Positions 30,425 to 39,941 of a stretch of DNA of 64,000 nucleotides are shown piece by piece. This DNA comes from an uncultured candidatus Porisulfidus sp. (lineage in GTDB: Bacteria; Pseudomonadota; Gammaproteobacteria; Poriferisulfidales; Poriferisulfidaceae). The stretch lies in assembly GCA_965116025.1 (NCBI GenBank), contig OZ220480.1:1600001-1664000 (forward strand). Reading direction: 5' to 3'. Position 1 is the stretch's first letter. Each line of letters opens with the position of its first letter. A program made the translations under genes and the position numbers. The notes beneath the pieces are model-generated. The model worked only from the letters and a program-made list of their open reading frames with translations, did not search any database and had not been told where the DNA came from.

Positions 30425-30688
30425 TCATGCTGTCCCGGCCTTTTGCTCGACTTTTTTCCGAGGCGGCGGGAATATCTCGCCATCGGGCGGGCCGGTCATT
30501 AACCATTTCTCGAGATTACGGACTTCCCTTAGCGGAAGCTCTTTTCTAACGGGATGGGTCGTCGTTACCCACTTCCCACCAACTAGCACCTGGATTACCC
30601 AGCCCGGTCCGCACGGTATCACTCGCGCCGCCTGCACCCAGTCGGCCACGATAAAGCCGCCGCTAGCGGTACGCACTATCGCCGTCAT
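30425..30688 (-). CDS. Hypothetical protein (87 aa)
   Basis: ATG at 30688 preceded by AGGAGG; no recognisable motif. Confidence 0.45.
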   Translation of the reverse strand: MTAIVRTASGGFIVADWVQAARVIPCGPGWVIQVLVGGKWVTTTHPVRKELPLREVRNLEKWLMTGPPDGEIFPPPRKKVEQKAGTA

Positions 30689-30803
30689 GTCGTTGCCCCT
30701 CCTAGGGTCGTCGCTCACGGGCATTATAAGTCCCGCTCCCCGTCCCGTCCCCAATCAAACCAACCGCTATGCTAATCAAATACAGGGGACATTAAACAGT
30801 GTC

Positions 30804-31012
30804 TTAGGCTACCTTTCGAGCTTTGACTTCCAGGTGTATGTTCTCCTGTTCCTGCAAGCAATGGATCACCGCGCGAACAGGTTGCTCGCTTGGGGATTTT
30901 CTTTTGGCCCGAACATGCGCATGAGATTCTTGCTCGACTTGTCGGAAACCCGAGAAAGTTCCTCAAATCCGATCATCGCGTTGATATAGTCACGCAGCAC
31001 CGCTTTGTCGGT
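30804..31012 (-). pseudogene. Truncated, frameshifted second copy of the addiction-module antidote
   Basis: Reads KAVLRDYINAMIGFEELSRVSDKSSKNLMRMFGPKENPQASNLF/AVIHCLQEQENIHLEVKARKVA*, a diverged inverted paralogue of 25340-25544. Confidence 0.85.
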
Positions 31013-31014
31013 TC

Positions 31015-31032
31015 ACAGTCGAGTAGGAGTAA
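31015..31032 (+). repeat. Degenerate direct repeat of the guaA 3' end (attR-like)
   Basis: ACAGTCGAGTAGGAGTAA vs guaA ACCGTGGAGTGGGAATGA (24367-24384); 13/18 identical. Confidence 0.6.
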
Positions 31033-31088
31033 TTTCTCGTCTAGCGCCTGTTTACGGGTGCCGGAAGCCGGAAGCGAACGCTTCACGC

Positions 31089-31568
31089 TCATTCACGCCA
31101 GCGCGAGAACACGTAGTCGTGGTCTTTCTGCGAGGCGTGACAACCAAAGCAGGCTTGCCCACCATCCTGGACCAAGCGCTCGGTACGGCTGTCGCCTTTG
31201 AACCCCTCGAAGCCCCAGCCGCCGGTTTCCGGGTAGCGCTCGCTATCCTTGACCATGATGCCCACGAGGATGCGGTCGCCTTCTGTTGAGGCGGCATCTC
31301 GCGTTTGGTATTCCAGCAGGTCGAAGATCAGGACGCTGCCATCTTGGAACTTTCCGGTTTTCGTGCCGGCCACGGCCGGGTCATTGCCATAGATATGGTG
31401 AAGACCCTTGAATGGATTCTCCAAAGGGTGACCGGAATGCAGCACCATGGATTTGATATGCGTCCAGTATCGATAGCCATCGGGATAGTCGACTCGATCA
31501 TCGGCCTGAATCGCGCAGGGGATGGCCAGCGAGCTCGCCAGCATCGTCAGGTGCAGAAAATGTTTCAT
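31089..31568 (-). CDS. Cytochrome P460-family protein, probably cytochrome c'-beta
   Basis: Signal peptide; YP.GYR.W, F.DGSVLIFDL, MVKD..RY..TGGWGF, C-terminal CFGCH, DYVFS. Confidence 0.88.
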   Translation of the reverse strand: MKHFLHLTMLASSLAIPCAIQADDRVDYPDGYRYWTHIKSMVLHSGHPLENPFKGLHHIYGNDPAVAGTKTGKFQDGSVLIFDLLEYQTRDAASTEGDRILVGIMVKDSERYPETGGWGFEGFKGDSRTERLVQDGGQACFGCHASQKDHDYVFSRWRE

Positions 31569-31590
31569 AGAGGACCTCCGCGATCAATGG

Positions 31591-31872
31591 TTACGGGTTC
31601 TCGGAAGGGCAACCTTCCATCGGAAGAATGAAATAGCCTTGCGTCTCCAGTCGCGCGCTCGCTTCCGGGCTCGCCGCTTCCGAATGGCAATAGCGGCATT
31701 GTTCCAGTCGCGCCAGATCAGAATCCATTCCGTGGTCGCGCAACCAAGCGCGGGCCGCGTCAGCGGCCTTCTCGTCACGCTGGGCACCGAGACCCGTGGG
31801 CAGAAACACGTCGAAATGCATCCGGCGGCCATCCTCGGTGAGGACGTAAGTGTCATAAACATCGACGTTCAT
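31591..31872 (-). CDS. DUF2024 family protein
   Basis: V.VYDTYV...DGR.MHFDV, CRYCHSE.A, QGYFI.PMEGC. Confidence 0.8.
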   Translation of the reverse strand: MNVDVYDTYVLTEDGRRMHFDVFLPTGLGAQRDEKAADAARAWLRDHGMDSDLARLEQCRYCHSEAASPEASARLETQGYFILPMEGCPSENP

Positions 31873-32174
31873 GGCCAACCGAATCTCGAATTCAAAGCAT
31901 CGACGAGAGCAAAATAGCCGTTCTCATGCCGTTTGTCAAGAGGCTGAGGCTGAGAGATAACCGCTTTCCAAGCGAGTCGCGCCAACACGTTAAATTTGGT
32001 TGGAATGAGTATCGTCGCGCGGACTTGGCGGACTCATGGAGATCGCGGCCTATAATGAATTTCTTGGCTGACAGTTGGGGCTTTCCCCAATGCGCGAGAA
32101 TGCCAGGGACCATTCGCCGTTTTTCGCGGCTGGATCGGCGGCAATCAAAACCATTCTTCTTCGCTCGAAAATCA

Positions 32175-32639
32175 ATGGATTCGGATTCGACTACGCTCGA
32201 CGAGGAAATGATGGATCGGGCTCTGGAGCTCGCGAGATGGGCGGCGGCGGATGGAGAGGTGCCGGTTGGCGCCGTGGTCACGCTGGATGGCTCCGTGGTC
32301 GGAACTGGCTACAACCGTAGCGTCAAGCTGGACGATCCGAGCGCGCATGCCGAGATCGTCGCGTTGCGAGAGGCCGGGAAGGCGGTCCGCAACTATCGCT
32401 TACCAGGCGCGACCCTGTACGTGACTTTGGAGCCTTGCTTGATGTGCGTTGGCGCGGCGGTCGCGGCGCGGGTGGAGCGCTTGGTCTTTGGGGCCGCGGA
32501 TCCCAAGGCGGGCTGTTTGGGAGGCGCGTTCGACGCGGCGAGATTGCCATTTCTGAACCATCGCTTCGTGGTCGATTCGGGAGTTCGGGCGCGGCAGTGC
32601 GGCGACCTGCTCCGAGATTTTTTTCGAAAACGGCGGTGA
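32175..32639 (+). CDS. tadA: tRNA adenosine(34) deaminase
   Basis: GEVPVGAV, DPSAHAEI, NYRL, TLEPCLMC. Confidence 0.95.
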   Translation: MDSDSTTLDEEMMDRALELARWAAADGEVPVGAVVTLDGSVVGTGYNRSVKLDDPSAHAEIVALREAGKAVRNYRLPGATLYVTLEPCLMCVGAAVAARVERLVFGAADPKAGCLGGAFDAARLPFLNHRFVVDSGVRARQCGDLLRDFFRKRR

Positions 32640-32773
32640 CGCGGGACCGAAAATCGCGACTATGGATTTTGGGTATAATGCGTTGCCAAGTCTTGCGGAC
32701 ATTCGCGCGAAGCGGATAGCACACCACGGATGAGCGAACAACCTGTCTCGAATTCTCTACAAGGCCGGAGTTG

Positions 32774-34630
32774 ATGGATACGTTCCTCGGTCTGCTGCTA
32801 CGCCAAGCAAGCGAAAATCCAGATCTTCCCGCCCTGCGCACCAAGCGCATGGGCATTTGGGACGTCACCACATGGGCGCAGGCGCGCGACCGGGTCTCCG
32901 TCTTGGCCCATATGCTGGGCGAGCAGGGCGTGGGGGAAGGAACGTCGTTCGGAGTCTTCGGCCCTAATCACACGGATATGTACCTGACCTACCTCGCGGT
33001 GCATAGCCTCGGGGGAATCGTGGTACCCATCGGCTCGAGCACGTTCGGCGATGATCTCCGGCGGCAGATTCAAAGCTCCGATGTCGAGCATATCCTCGCG
33101 TTCGAGCAACAGCACGTGGACGCTTTGCTGGAATGCGGGAAGACCAGCCTGAAAAGAGTGTTCTACGTCAACGGCCGCGGCATAGAGAACTACGATCAGC
33201 CCGAGCTGGCGTCATTGCCGCAAAGCTTGGAAGGCATCGAGGCATCCACCTCGCTCTTGGAGCGATTGGAAGGACAAAGGGATCCGGAGGAGACGGCGAC
33301 CATTCTTCTGACCTCCGGTGCCGGTCGCGAGGAGCGGCCGGTCGAGCTGTCGCACGGCGCTCTGATCGCCACCGCCCGTAGCCTCGCGCGGCGCGAGACG
33401 ATCACGGCGAAGGACAGCTTGCTGGCGTATCTGCCGCTGTCGGTCTCCAGCGATTTCCTGTTTTCCTATTCCTTGGCCATGGTGTCCGGCTGCGCCATGA
33501 ATTGCCCAGAGAACGACGACACCGTGCTGGAGAACATGCAGGAAATCGGCCCGACGCTCATGTTCGGCCCGCCCTACGTCTACAAGTACATCTACACGCA
33601 CGCCTCCAACCGGATTGAGAGCGCCCGGACGCTGGACACCAAGATCTACAAAGCGGCGTTGCGCGCCGTGATGACGGTCGCCGCGCACCGAGCCGAAGGC
33701 TCGCATGGCTCGATCGCTGACCGACTGCGCTTTCTGCTCGCGCGCTTCACCACGTTCAGCCCATTCTGCAACATGTATGGCCTGAGCCGCCTGCGTCTCG
33801 CGTTGACCGGCGGCGACGCGATCGCGCCGGACGTGTTCCATTTCTTCCGGGCGATCGGGATCGACCTGCGCGAGACCTACGGACAGGTCGAGGGGTGCGC
33901 TTGCGTGACCATGCAGTCGTCCGAGGATTGGAACTCGGACTCGGTCGGACGACCGCTCGATGGCACGGAGGTGCGCATCGAGGATGGCGAGATATGGTTT
34001 CGGGGGCCGGGGCGCATGAAGGGGATTCACAAGAACCCCGAGGCGACTGCCGAGAGCGTCAAGGATGGCTGGGTGCGGACTCATGACGCGGGACACTTGG
34101 ACGACCAGGGCCGCCTTCATGTGCATGGGCAGATCGCGCGCATGGGAAAGCTCCGCGATGGCGGCGCGTTCGCGCCTGACATACTGGAAGCTCGCCTGCG
34201 CTCCTCCGAATACATCAAGCAGGCGATCATCTTCGGGAATGATCGGGAATATCCAGTCGCCATCGTCGCGATCGATGGCACCATCACGCGAACCTGGGCG
34301 GACCGGCGCAGCCTGCGCTACACGGGCTACGCCGACTTGTCGGCGCACGCCTCGGTGCAGGAGATGGTGCGCGAGTATATCCAGAAGGTGAACGAGCGGC
34401 TTGCGGAAGACCCGGCGACCTCAGGCATGCGGTTGCGCCGCTTCGCCATCCTGAACCGCGAGTTCATGGCTTCGGCCGGCGAGGTGACTCCGACCCGGAA
34501 ATTGCGGTGCCATGCGGTGGAGGGGAAGCACCGGGGGCTGGTCGAGGCGCTGTACAGCGACGCGCTGGAGTACACTTATACGGACCCGGTCGACGGGGAG
34601 ACCTACACCCTGCCATTGGGGAACGTTTAA
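32774..34630 (+). CDS. Long-chain acyl-CoA synthetase-like AMP-binding protein
   Basis: K..GIW...TW, YLPL, YGQ.E, SVG.P, ILE..L..S.YIKQA, GEVTPTRKLR. Confidence 0.88.
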   Translation: MDTFLGLLLRQASENPDLPALRTKRMGIWDVTTWAQARDRVSVLAHMLGEQGVGEGTSFGVFGPNHTDMYLTYLAVHSLGGIVVPIGSSTFGDDLRRQIQSSDVEHILAFEQQHVDALLECGKTSLKRVFYVNGRGIENYDQPELASLPQSLEGIEASTSLLERLEGQRDPEETATILLTSGAGREERPVELSHGALIATARSLARRETITAKDSLLAYLPLSVSSDFLFSYSLAMVSGCAMNCPENDDTVLENMQEIGPTLMFGPPYVYKYIYTHASNRIESARTLDTKIYKAALRAVMTVAAHRAEGSHGSIADRLRFLLARFTTFSPFCNMYGLSRLRLALTGGDAIAPDVFHFFRAIGIDLRETYGQVEGCACVTMQSSEDWNSDSVGRPLDGTEVRIEDGEIWFRGPGRMKGIHKNPEATAESVKDGWVRTHDAGHLDDQGRLHVHGQIARMGKLRDGGAFAPDILEARLRSSEYIKQAIIFGNDREYPVAIVAIDGTITRTWADRRSLRYTGYADLSAHASVQEMVREYIQKVNERLAEDPATSGMRLRRFAILNREFMASAGEVTPTRKLRCHAVEGKHRGLVEALYSDALEYTYTDPVDGETYTLPLGNV

Positions 34631-34631
34631 G

Positions 34632-35411
34632 ATGGCTTCAGCGGACCCGATTCTGAGGATTGAGGACATCACGCTGGCGTTCGGCGGCGTGACCGCGCTG
34701 AACGGGATCAGTTTCGACGTGGAGGATGGCGAGATCTGCGCGGTGATCGGGCCCAACGGCGCTGGCAAGAGTTCCATGCTGAACGTCATCAACAGCGTGT
34801 ATATCCCGCAGAAAGGACGGGTCATCTTCAGGGGGCAGGACTGCACCCGCATGCGTCCGCGGCAGATCGCGAAGTTGGGCATGGCGCGGACGTTCCAGAA
34901 CATTGGGCTGTTCCAGGGCATGACCGTGCTGGAGAACATTCTGACCGGGCGGAGCCTGAAAATCCGCTCCACCTGGATCGAGCAGGGCCTGAACATCGGG
35001 CGGGCCCGCCGCGAGGAGGTCGAGAACCGCCGAGCGGTCGAGGAGGTCATCGAGTTTTTGCACCTGCAGGGCATCCGGAAGACTCCGGTCGGGAAGCTTC
35101 CGTACGGTCTGCAGAAACGAGTCGAGCTGGCCCGGGCGCTGGTGGCCGAGCCCACCTTGTTGCTGCAGGACGAGCCGATGACTGGAATGAACCTGGAAGA
35201 GAAGAAGGACATGTCCTGCTTCGCGCTCGAGATCAACCGGGAATTCGGCACCACCATCGTGCTGATCGAGCACGACATGAGCGTGGTGATGGACATCTCC
35301 GACCATGTGGTCGTGCTGGATTACGGCGCGAAGATCGGCGACGGCACGCCGGACGAGGTCAAGAACAATCAAGACGTGATCGACGCCTATCTGGGCGTGT
35401 CGCACGACTGA
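34632..35411 (+). CDS. Branched-chain amino acid-type ABC transporter ATP-binding protein (LivG-like)
   Basis: GPNGAGKSS, ARTFQN, LPYGLQKRVELARAL, IEHDM. Confidence 0.93.
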   Translation: MASADPILRIEDITLAFGGVTALNGISFDVEDGEICAVIGPNGAGKSSMLNVINSVYIPQKGRVIFRGQDCTRMRPRQIAKLGMARTFQNIGLFQGMTVLENILTGRSLKIRSTWIEQGLNIGRARREEVENRRAVEEVIEFLHLQGIRKTPVGKLPYGLQKRVELARALVAEPTLLLQDEPMTGMNLEEKKDMSCFALEINREFGTTIVLIEHDMSVVMDISDHVVVLDYGAKIGDGTPDEVKNNQDVIDAYLGVSHD

Positions 35412-35422
35412 GGGAGGCGGGC

Positions 35423-36364
35423 ATGGGCTTCGACTGGGTATTTTTCATCGAGATTTTCGTTGGCGGGCTGATGTCCGGCATTATGTACTCGCTGGTCGCG
35501 ATCGGCTTCGTGCTGATCTACAAGTCTTCCGGGATATTCAACTTCGCGCAGGGCACCATGTTGCTGTTCGCGGCGCTGACGTTCGTGAAGCTGACCGAGG
35601 GCAGCGTGAACTTCTGGGTGGCCCTTATCCTGACGATGGCCACCATGGTGGTGTTCGGGATCCTCGTGGAGCGCTTCATGATGCGTCCTCTGGCCAACCA
35701 GTCGTTGTTGTCTCTGTTCATGGCGACGGTCGGGCTGGCGACGCTGATCGAGGGGCTGGCCCAGTACGTGTGGGACTCCGCGATCCACGGCTTGCAGCTA
35801 GCGGATTTTCTGGATCTGGCGCTCTTGGATCCGGTTAACATGACGATCTTCGTCTCCGACTATATCGAGTGGCTGGACATCCTGATCTCGAAATTCGACA
35901 TATTCGCCACGATCGTGGCGGGAAGCATGATTCTGATCTTGGCGATCTTCTTCCAGAAAACCCGGACCGGGATGTCGTTGCGCGCGGTGTCCGATGATCA
36001 TCTGGCGGCCATGGCGGTGGGCATTCCGCTGTCTCGGGTATGGGCGCTGGTGTGGGCCGTGACGGGCATCATCGCGCTGATCGCGGGGTTATTGTGGGCG
36101 GAGCGGGTCAGCGTGTCGTTCACGCTGGTGGAGGCGGTGCTCAAGGCCTTGCCCGTGATCTTGATCGGGGGGCTGACCTCGATCCCCGGCGCGATCGTCG
36201 GCGGACTGATTATCGGAGTGGGCGAGAAGATGGGCGAGATCTATTTGGGCGACCTGCTGGGCGTGCAAGGCATCGAGACCTGGTTCTCGTACTTCATCGC
36301 CTTGGTCTTCCTGCTCTTTCGGCCCTCCGGGCTGTTCGGGCTGAAAGCCGTCGAGAGGGTCTAG
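35423..36364 (+). CDS. ABC transporter permease (LivH-like)
   Basis: YSLVAIGFVLIYK.SG.FNFAQG, GGLTSIPGAIVGG, RPSGLFG. Confidence 0.93.
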   Translation: MGFDWVFFIEIFVGGLMSGIMYSLVAIGFVLIYKSSGIFNFAQGTMLLFAALTFVKLTEGSVNFWVALILTMATMVVFGILVERFMMRPLANQSLLSLFMATVGLATLIEGLAQYVWDSAIHGLQLADFLDLALLDPVNMTIFVSDYIEWLDILISKFDIFATIVAGSMILILAIFFQKTRTGMSLRAVSDDHLAAMAVGIPLSRVWALVWAVTGIIALIAGLLWAERVSVSFTLVEAVLKALPVILIGGLTSIPGAIVGGLIIGVGEKMGEIYLGDLLGVQGIETWFSYFIALVFLLFRPSGLFGLKAVERV

Positions 36365-36366
36365 CC

Positions 36367-37461
36367 ATGTTTTATCGCGAAACCGGAACGTTCACCACCA
36401 GCTATCTGGAGGACCGGAAGCTCTTTCCGATCCCGTTCGACAAATGGGCGATGGGGGTCTTCATGGCCTTCATGGTCTTCGTGATCCCATTCATCGCCAG
36501 CGACTACTGGCTGGCGGCCCACCTGATCCCAATCCTGGCGTTCGGCTGCGCCGCGCTCGGCCTGAATCTTTTGACCGGCATGACGGGGCAGTTGTCGCTG
36601 GGCACGGCCGGCTTCATGTGCTTCGGCGCCTTCTTCACCTTCAACATCATGCTGCGCTTCCCGGAAGGCTGGATGAGTCTGCCGGTGGCGATGATGCTGG
36701 CGGGGACGGCGACGGGCCTGATCGGGGTCGTCTTCGGTCTCCCGAGCATCCGGATCAAGGGCTTCTACCTGCTGGTGTCCACGCTGGCCGCGCAGTACTT
36801 CGCCTTGTGGTTCTTCCGTTCCTACCCGTATTTCCTGAACTACGCCACCGCGACCGTGACCCTGCCGGACCACCATCTCGACTATCTTTGGATTGGCGAG
36901 ACCTTCAACGTGGACATGGCGAGCTACGAGGCCAAGTATCTGATGTCGCTGGGCATCGTGTCCGGGCTCGCGCTGTTCGCCAAGAACCTCATGCGCAGCT
37001 CGACTGGAAGGAATTTCATGGCGGTGCGCGACATGGATATCGCGGCCAGCGTGATCGGCATCCCGGTGATGCGCACGAAGATGCTGGCGTTCTTCGTCAG
37101 CTGCTTCTACTGCGGCGTGGGCGGCGCGCTGTTCTGCTACGCGTATCTGCAGGTGCTGGGCATTCGCACCTTCGAGATGAACCGCTCGTTCACCGTGCTG
37201 TTCATGGTGATCATCGGCGGTTTGGGCTCGATCGCCGGGTCGTTCTACGGCACGATCCTGGTCTATGAGTTCCCGATTTTCTTCTCTTGGGTCGGGGACT
37301 ACGTGTTCGGTGGGGCCTTCGACACCGCGGTGGTGCAGAACGTCGCGAAGATCCTGTATGGCATCCTGATCATCGCTTTGCTGATCCGGGAGCCGGGCGG
37401 TCTGGCGGCGCTGTGGGCGACCACCAAACAGAAACTTCGAACTTGGCCATTCCCGCACTGA
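36367..37461 (+). CDS. ABC transporter permease (LivM-like)
   Basis: GLNLLTG.TGQLSLG, RIKGFYL, GR.FMAVRD, IIGGLGSI.G, EP.GL. Confidence 0.93.
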   Translation: MFYRETGTFTTSYLEDRKLFPIPFDKWAMGVFMAFMVFVIPFIASDYWLAAHLIPILAFGCAALGLNLLTGMTGQLSLGTAGFMCFGAFFTFNIMLRFPEGWMSLPVAMMLAGTATGLIGVVFGLPSIRIKGFYLLVSTLAAQYFALWFFRSYPYFLNYATATVTLPDHHLDYLWIGETFNVDMASYEAKYLMSLGIVSGLALFAKNLMRSSTGRNFMAVRDMDIAASVIGIPVMRTKMLAFFVSCFYCGVGGALFCYAYLQVLGIRTFEMNRSFTVLFMVIIGGLGSIAGSFYGTILVYEFPIFFSWVGDYVFGGAFDTAVVQNVAKILYGILIIALLIREPGGLAALWATTKQKLRTWPFPH

Positions 37462-37634
37462 CGGGCGAATCGAGAGATCTCGAGGAAAATTATCTGACTG
37501 AATCATCTGGATTACTCTCGGGCGCCTCTGGATGCATTTGCTAAAAGAGGCGTTTGGGTGTAAAAAAGGCTTGCTGAAAAGCAGTTAACTGCAAGCTATA
37601 ACTAAAAGCCTCTTAAGGAGGGCACAACGAAACC

Positions 37635-38981
37635 ATGAAAAGCAAAATTTGGATAACAGGTGCGGCCATGGCCGTCGCCATGTCCACGACCGCTCCAGTG
37701 ATGGCCGCGGGGGAAGTCTACATCCCCATGCCGGTCTATCGCATTGGGCCGTACGCGACGGGTGGCACGGGCTACTTCGGCGGGATCATCGATTACTACA
37801 ATCTGATGAACATGACCGAAGGCGGCGTCGGTGGCATGAAGATCATCTGGAACGAATGCGAAACCCAGTACAACGACCAACAGGGCGTCGAGTGCTACCA
37901 CCGGATGAAGGAGTACGAGGGCAAGAGCGCCTTGTTCTTCGATCCTCTGTCCGTTGGCATCTCGACCTCACTGGTCGCCCAGGGACGCAAGGACAAGATC
38001 TCGATCATCGCGGTGAACCACGGTCGAACCGAGGGTCAGCGCGGGGACGTCTTCCCGTACTACTTCATGCCTGGCATCAATACCTACGACGAGCATTCCA
38101 TCATCACGGCCTTCATCGGCCAGCTGGAAGGCGGCATGGAGAACCTGGCGGGCAAGAAGATCGTTCTTCTGTTCCACGGTTCCACCTATGGCCGCGAGGC
38201 CGTCGAGTTCACGCACATGCTGTGCGAGAAGCACGGGTGCGAGTCCGAGGCGATCGAGGTCCCTCACCCAGGCAACGAGCAGACTTCCCAGTGGCTGAAA
38301 ATCCGCCGCTCGAAGCCTGACTACGTCGTGCTGCGCGGCTGGGGAGTCATGAATCCGGTGGCTATGCAGACCGGCGTTCGCATGGGCTTCCCGATCGACC
38401 ATCTGATCGGCAACATCTGGAGCAACGACGATGGCGACGTGAAGCCGGCTGGCTCCTCGGCCAACGGCTATCAGGCCATCACCACGCACCCGACGGGCCG
38501 CGTGGCTCCAGTGATCGATGAGATCGTGGATAAGGTGTACGGCGCCGGCAAGGGAGACCTGCAGGACAAGTCGCGCATCGGCTCCAACTACTGGAACCTC
38601 GGCGTGATGGCGGGAGTCATCCATCTCGAGGCGGTTCGCGTCGCGCAGGCTCGTTTCGGGCCCGACGTCAACTCCTCCCAGGTCCGCTGGGGCTTCGAGA
38701 ACCTGAACCTGGACACCGCCCGCCTGACTGAGTTGGGCGCGAACGGCCTGGTTCCGGAGATCAAGACCAATTGCATGGACCATGTGGGCGGCCATCAGGC
38801 CAAGTTCATCCAGTGGGTGTACGCCGACACGCAGTGGAAAGTCGTGACCGACTGGATCGATGGCGACGTCGAGCTCTCTCAGTCCATCATCGACGCCAAG
38901 GCGGAGAACGCGATCAAGAACGAAGGCATCGAGCCGCGGGATTGCAACGATCCCGAGCAGCGCGACAACTTCGACGTCTGA
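37635..38981 (+). CDS. ABC transporter periplasmic substrate-binding protein (Liv/PBP1 type)
   Basis: Signal peptide; YRIGPYA..G, ECET.Y....GVECY, V.HPGNEQ.SQWL.IR, L.GWGVMN. Confidence 0.92.
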   Translation: MKSKIWITGAAMAVAMSTTAPVMAAGEVYIPMPVYRIGPYATGGTGYFGGIIDYYNLMNMTEGGVGGMKIIWNECETQYNDQQGVECYHRMKEYEGKSALFFDPLSVGISTSLVAQGRKDKISIIAVNHGRTEGQRGDVFPYYFMPGINTYDEHSIITAFIGQLEGGMENLAGKKIVLLFHGSTYGREAVEFTHMLCEKHGCESEAIEVPHPGNEQTSQWLKIRRSKPDYVVLRGWGVMNPVAMQTGVRMGFPIDHLIGNIWSNDDGDVKPAGSSANGYQAITTHPTGRVAPVIDEIVDKVYGAGKGDLQDKSRIGSNYWNLGVMAGVIHLEAVRVAQARFGPDVNSSQVRWGFENLNLDTARLTELGANGLVPEIKTNCMDHVGGHQAKFIQWVYADTQWKVVTDWIDGDVELSQSIIDAKAENAIKNEGIEPRDCNDPEQRDNFDV

Positions 38982-39007
38982 TCGAGACGGAATGCGTTTA
39001 GAGTGAC

Positions 39008-39027
39008 GGCGGGGGGCGACCCCCGCC
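39008..39027 (+). terminator. GC-rich hairpin after the binding-protein gene (partial terminator or mRNA stabiliser)
   Basis: GGCGGGGG-GCGA-CCCCCGCC. Confidence 0.5.
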
Positions 39028-39134
39028 TGACCTCTTTCCCCGACCGACCGGCGACCCTCAAATAACCCGTCTCTGACGCCAAGCGCACCCCGCTTCGCCC
39101 CAGATTCGGCCTCACGCGGCGAGAGAGTCCAGCC

Positions 39135-39941
39135 ATGACCGACGTTCTGCTGTCCATCAACAATATCGAGGTCACCTACAACCGGGTGATTCTCGCCTTG
39201 CGCGGCATTAGCCTGCAGGTGAGGCAAGGGGATATCGTCTCGTTGCTGGGTGCCAACGGGGCTGGCAAGACGACGACCCTCAAGGCGTGCTCCAACCTGT
39301 TGCCGGCCGAGCGCGGCCAGATCAGCAAGGGGTCCATCGAGTTCCTCGGCAAGGACACCGCGGGAATGAGCGCGTACGATCTGGTGAAGAACGGGGTCGC
39401 GCAGGTGCTGGAGGGGCGGCATTGCTTCGCGCACCTGACGGTGGAGGAGAATCTAATGACGGGTTCCTTCATCCTCGAGGACCGAGCCCAGTCGAAAAAG
39501 GATTTGGAACTGGTGTACGAATACTTCCCTCGCATCAAGGTGCGCCGAAAAAGCGAGGCGGGCTTCACTTCTGGCGGTGAGCAACAGATGGTCGCTATTG
39601 GCCGAGCCTTGATGTCGCGCCCGAAACTGATCTTGCTCGACGAGCCCTCCATGGGCATCGCCCCGCAGTTGGTCGAGGAGGTCTTCGAGATCATACAAAA
39701 CCTCAACAAGAATGAGGGCGTGAGTTTCTTGGTCGCGGAGCAGAACGCCAGAATCGCGCTCAAGTACGCGACCGAAGCCTACGTAGTCGAGAACGGCCGG
39801 GTCATGTTGCGCGGCTCCTCCAAGGAGCTGATGGGACGGGCCGATGTGCAGGAGTTGTACTTGGGAGCCGGAGCTGAGGAGGAGGGCGAGAGCTTCCGCG
39901 ACGTCAAGCACTATCACCGGCGGCGACCCTCGTTCGCCTGA
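39135..39941 (+). CDS. ABC transporter ATP-binding protein (LivF-like)
   Basis: GANGAGKTT, SGGEQQM, LLDEPSMG, EQN. Confidence 0.93.
   Translation: MTDVLLSINNIEVTYNRVILALRGISLQVRQGDIVSLLGANGAGKTTTLKACSNLLPAERGQISKGSIEFLGKDTAGMSAYDLVKNGVAQVLEGRHCFAHLTVEENLMTGSFILEDRAQSKKDLELVYEYFPRIKVRRKSEAGFTSGGEQQMVAIGRALMSRPKLILLDEPSMGIAPQLVEEVFEIIQNLNKNEGVSFLVAEQNARIALKYATEAYVVENGRVMLRGSSKELMGRADVQELYLGAGAEEEGESFRDVKHYHRRRPSFA

Larger units (their letters stand above)
24367..31032. mobile_element. Decayed genomic island integrated at the guaA 3' end
   Basis: Begins right after guaA, a known integration hotspot. Lower GC, TA module, IS remnants and gene fragments. A degenerate direct repeat of the guaA terminus lies at 31015-31032. 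No integrase is visible. Confidence 0.75.
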
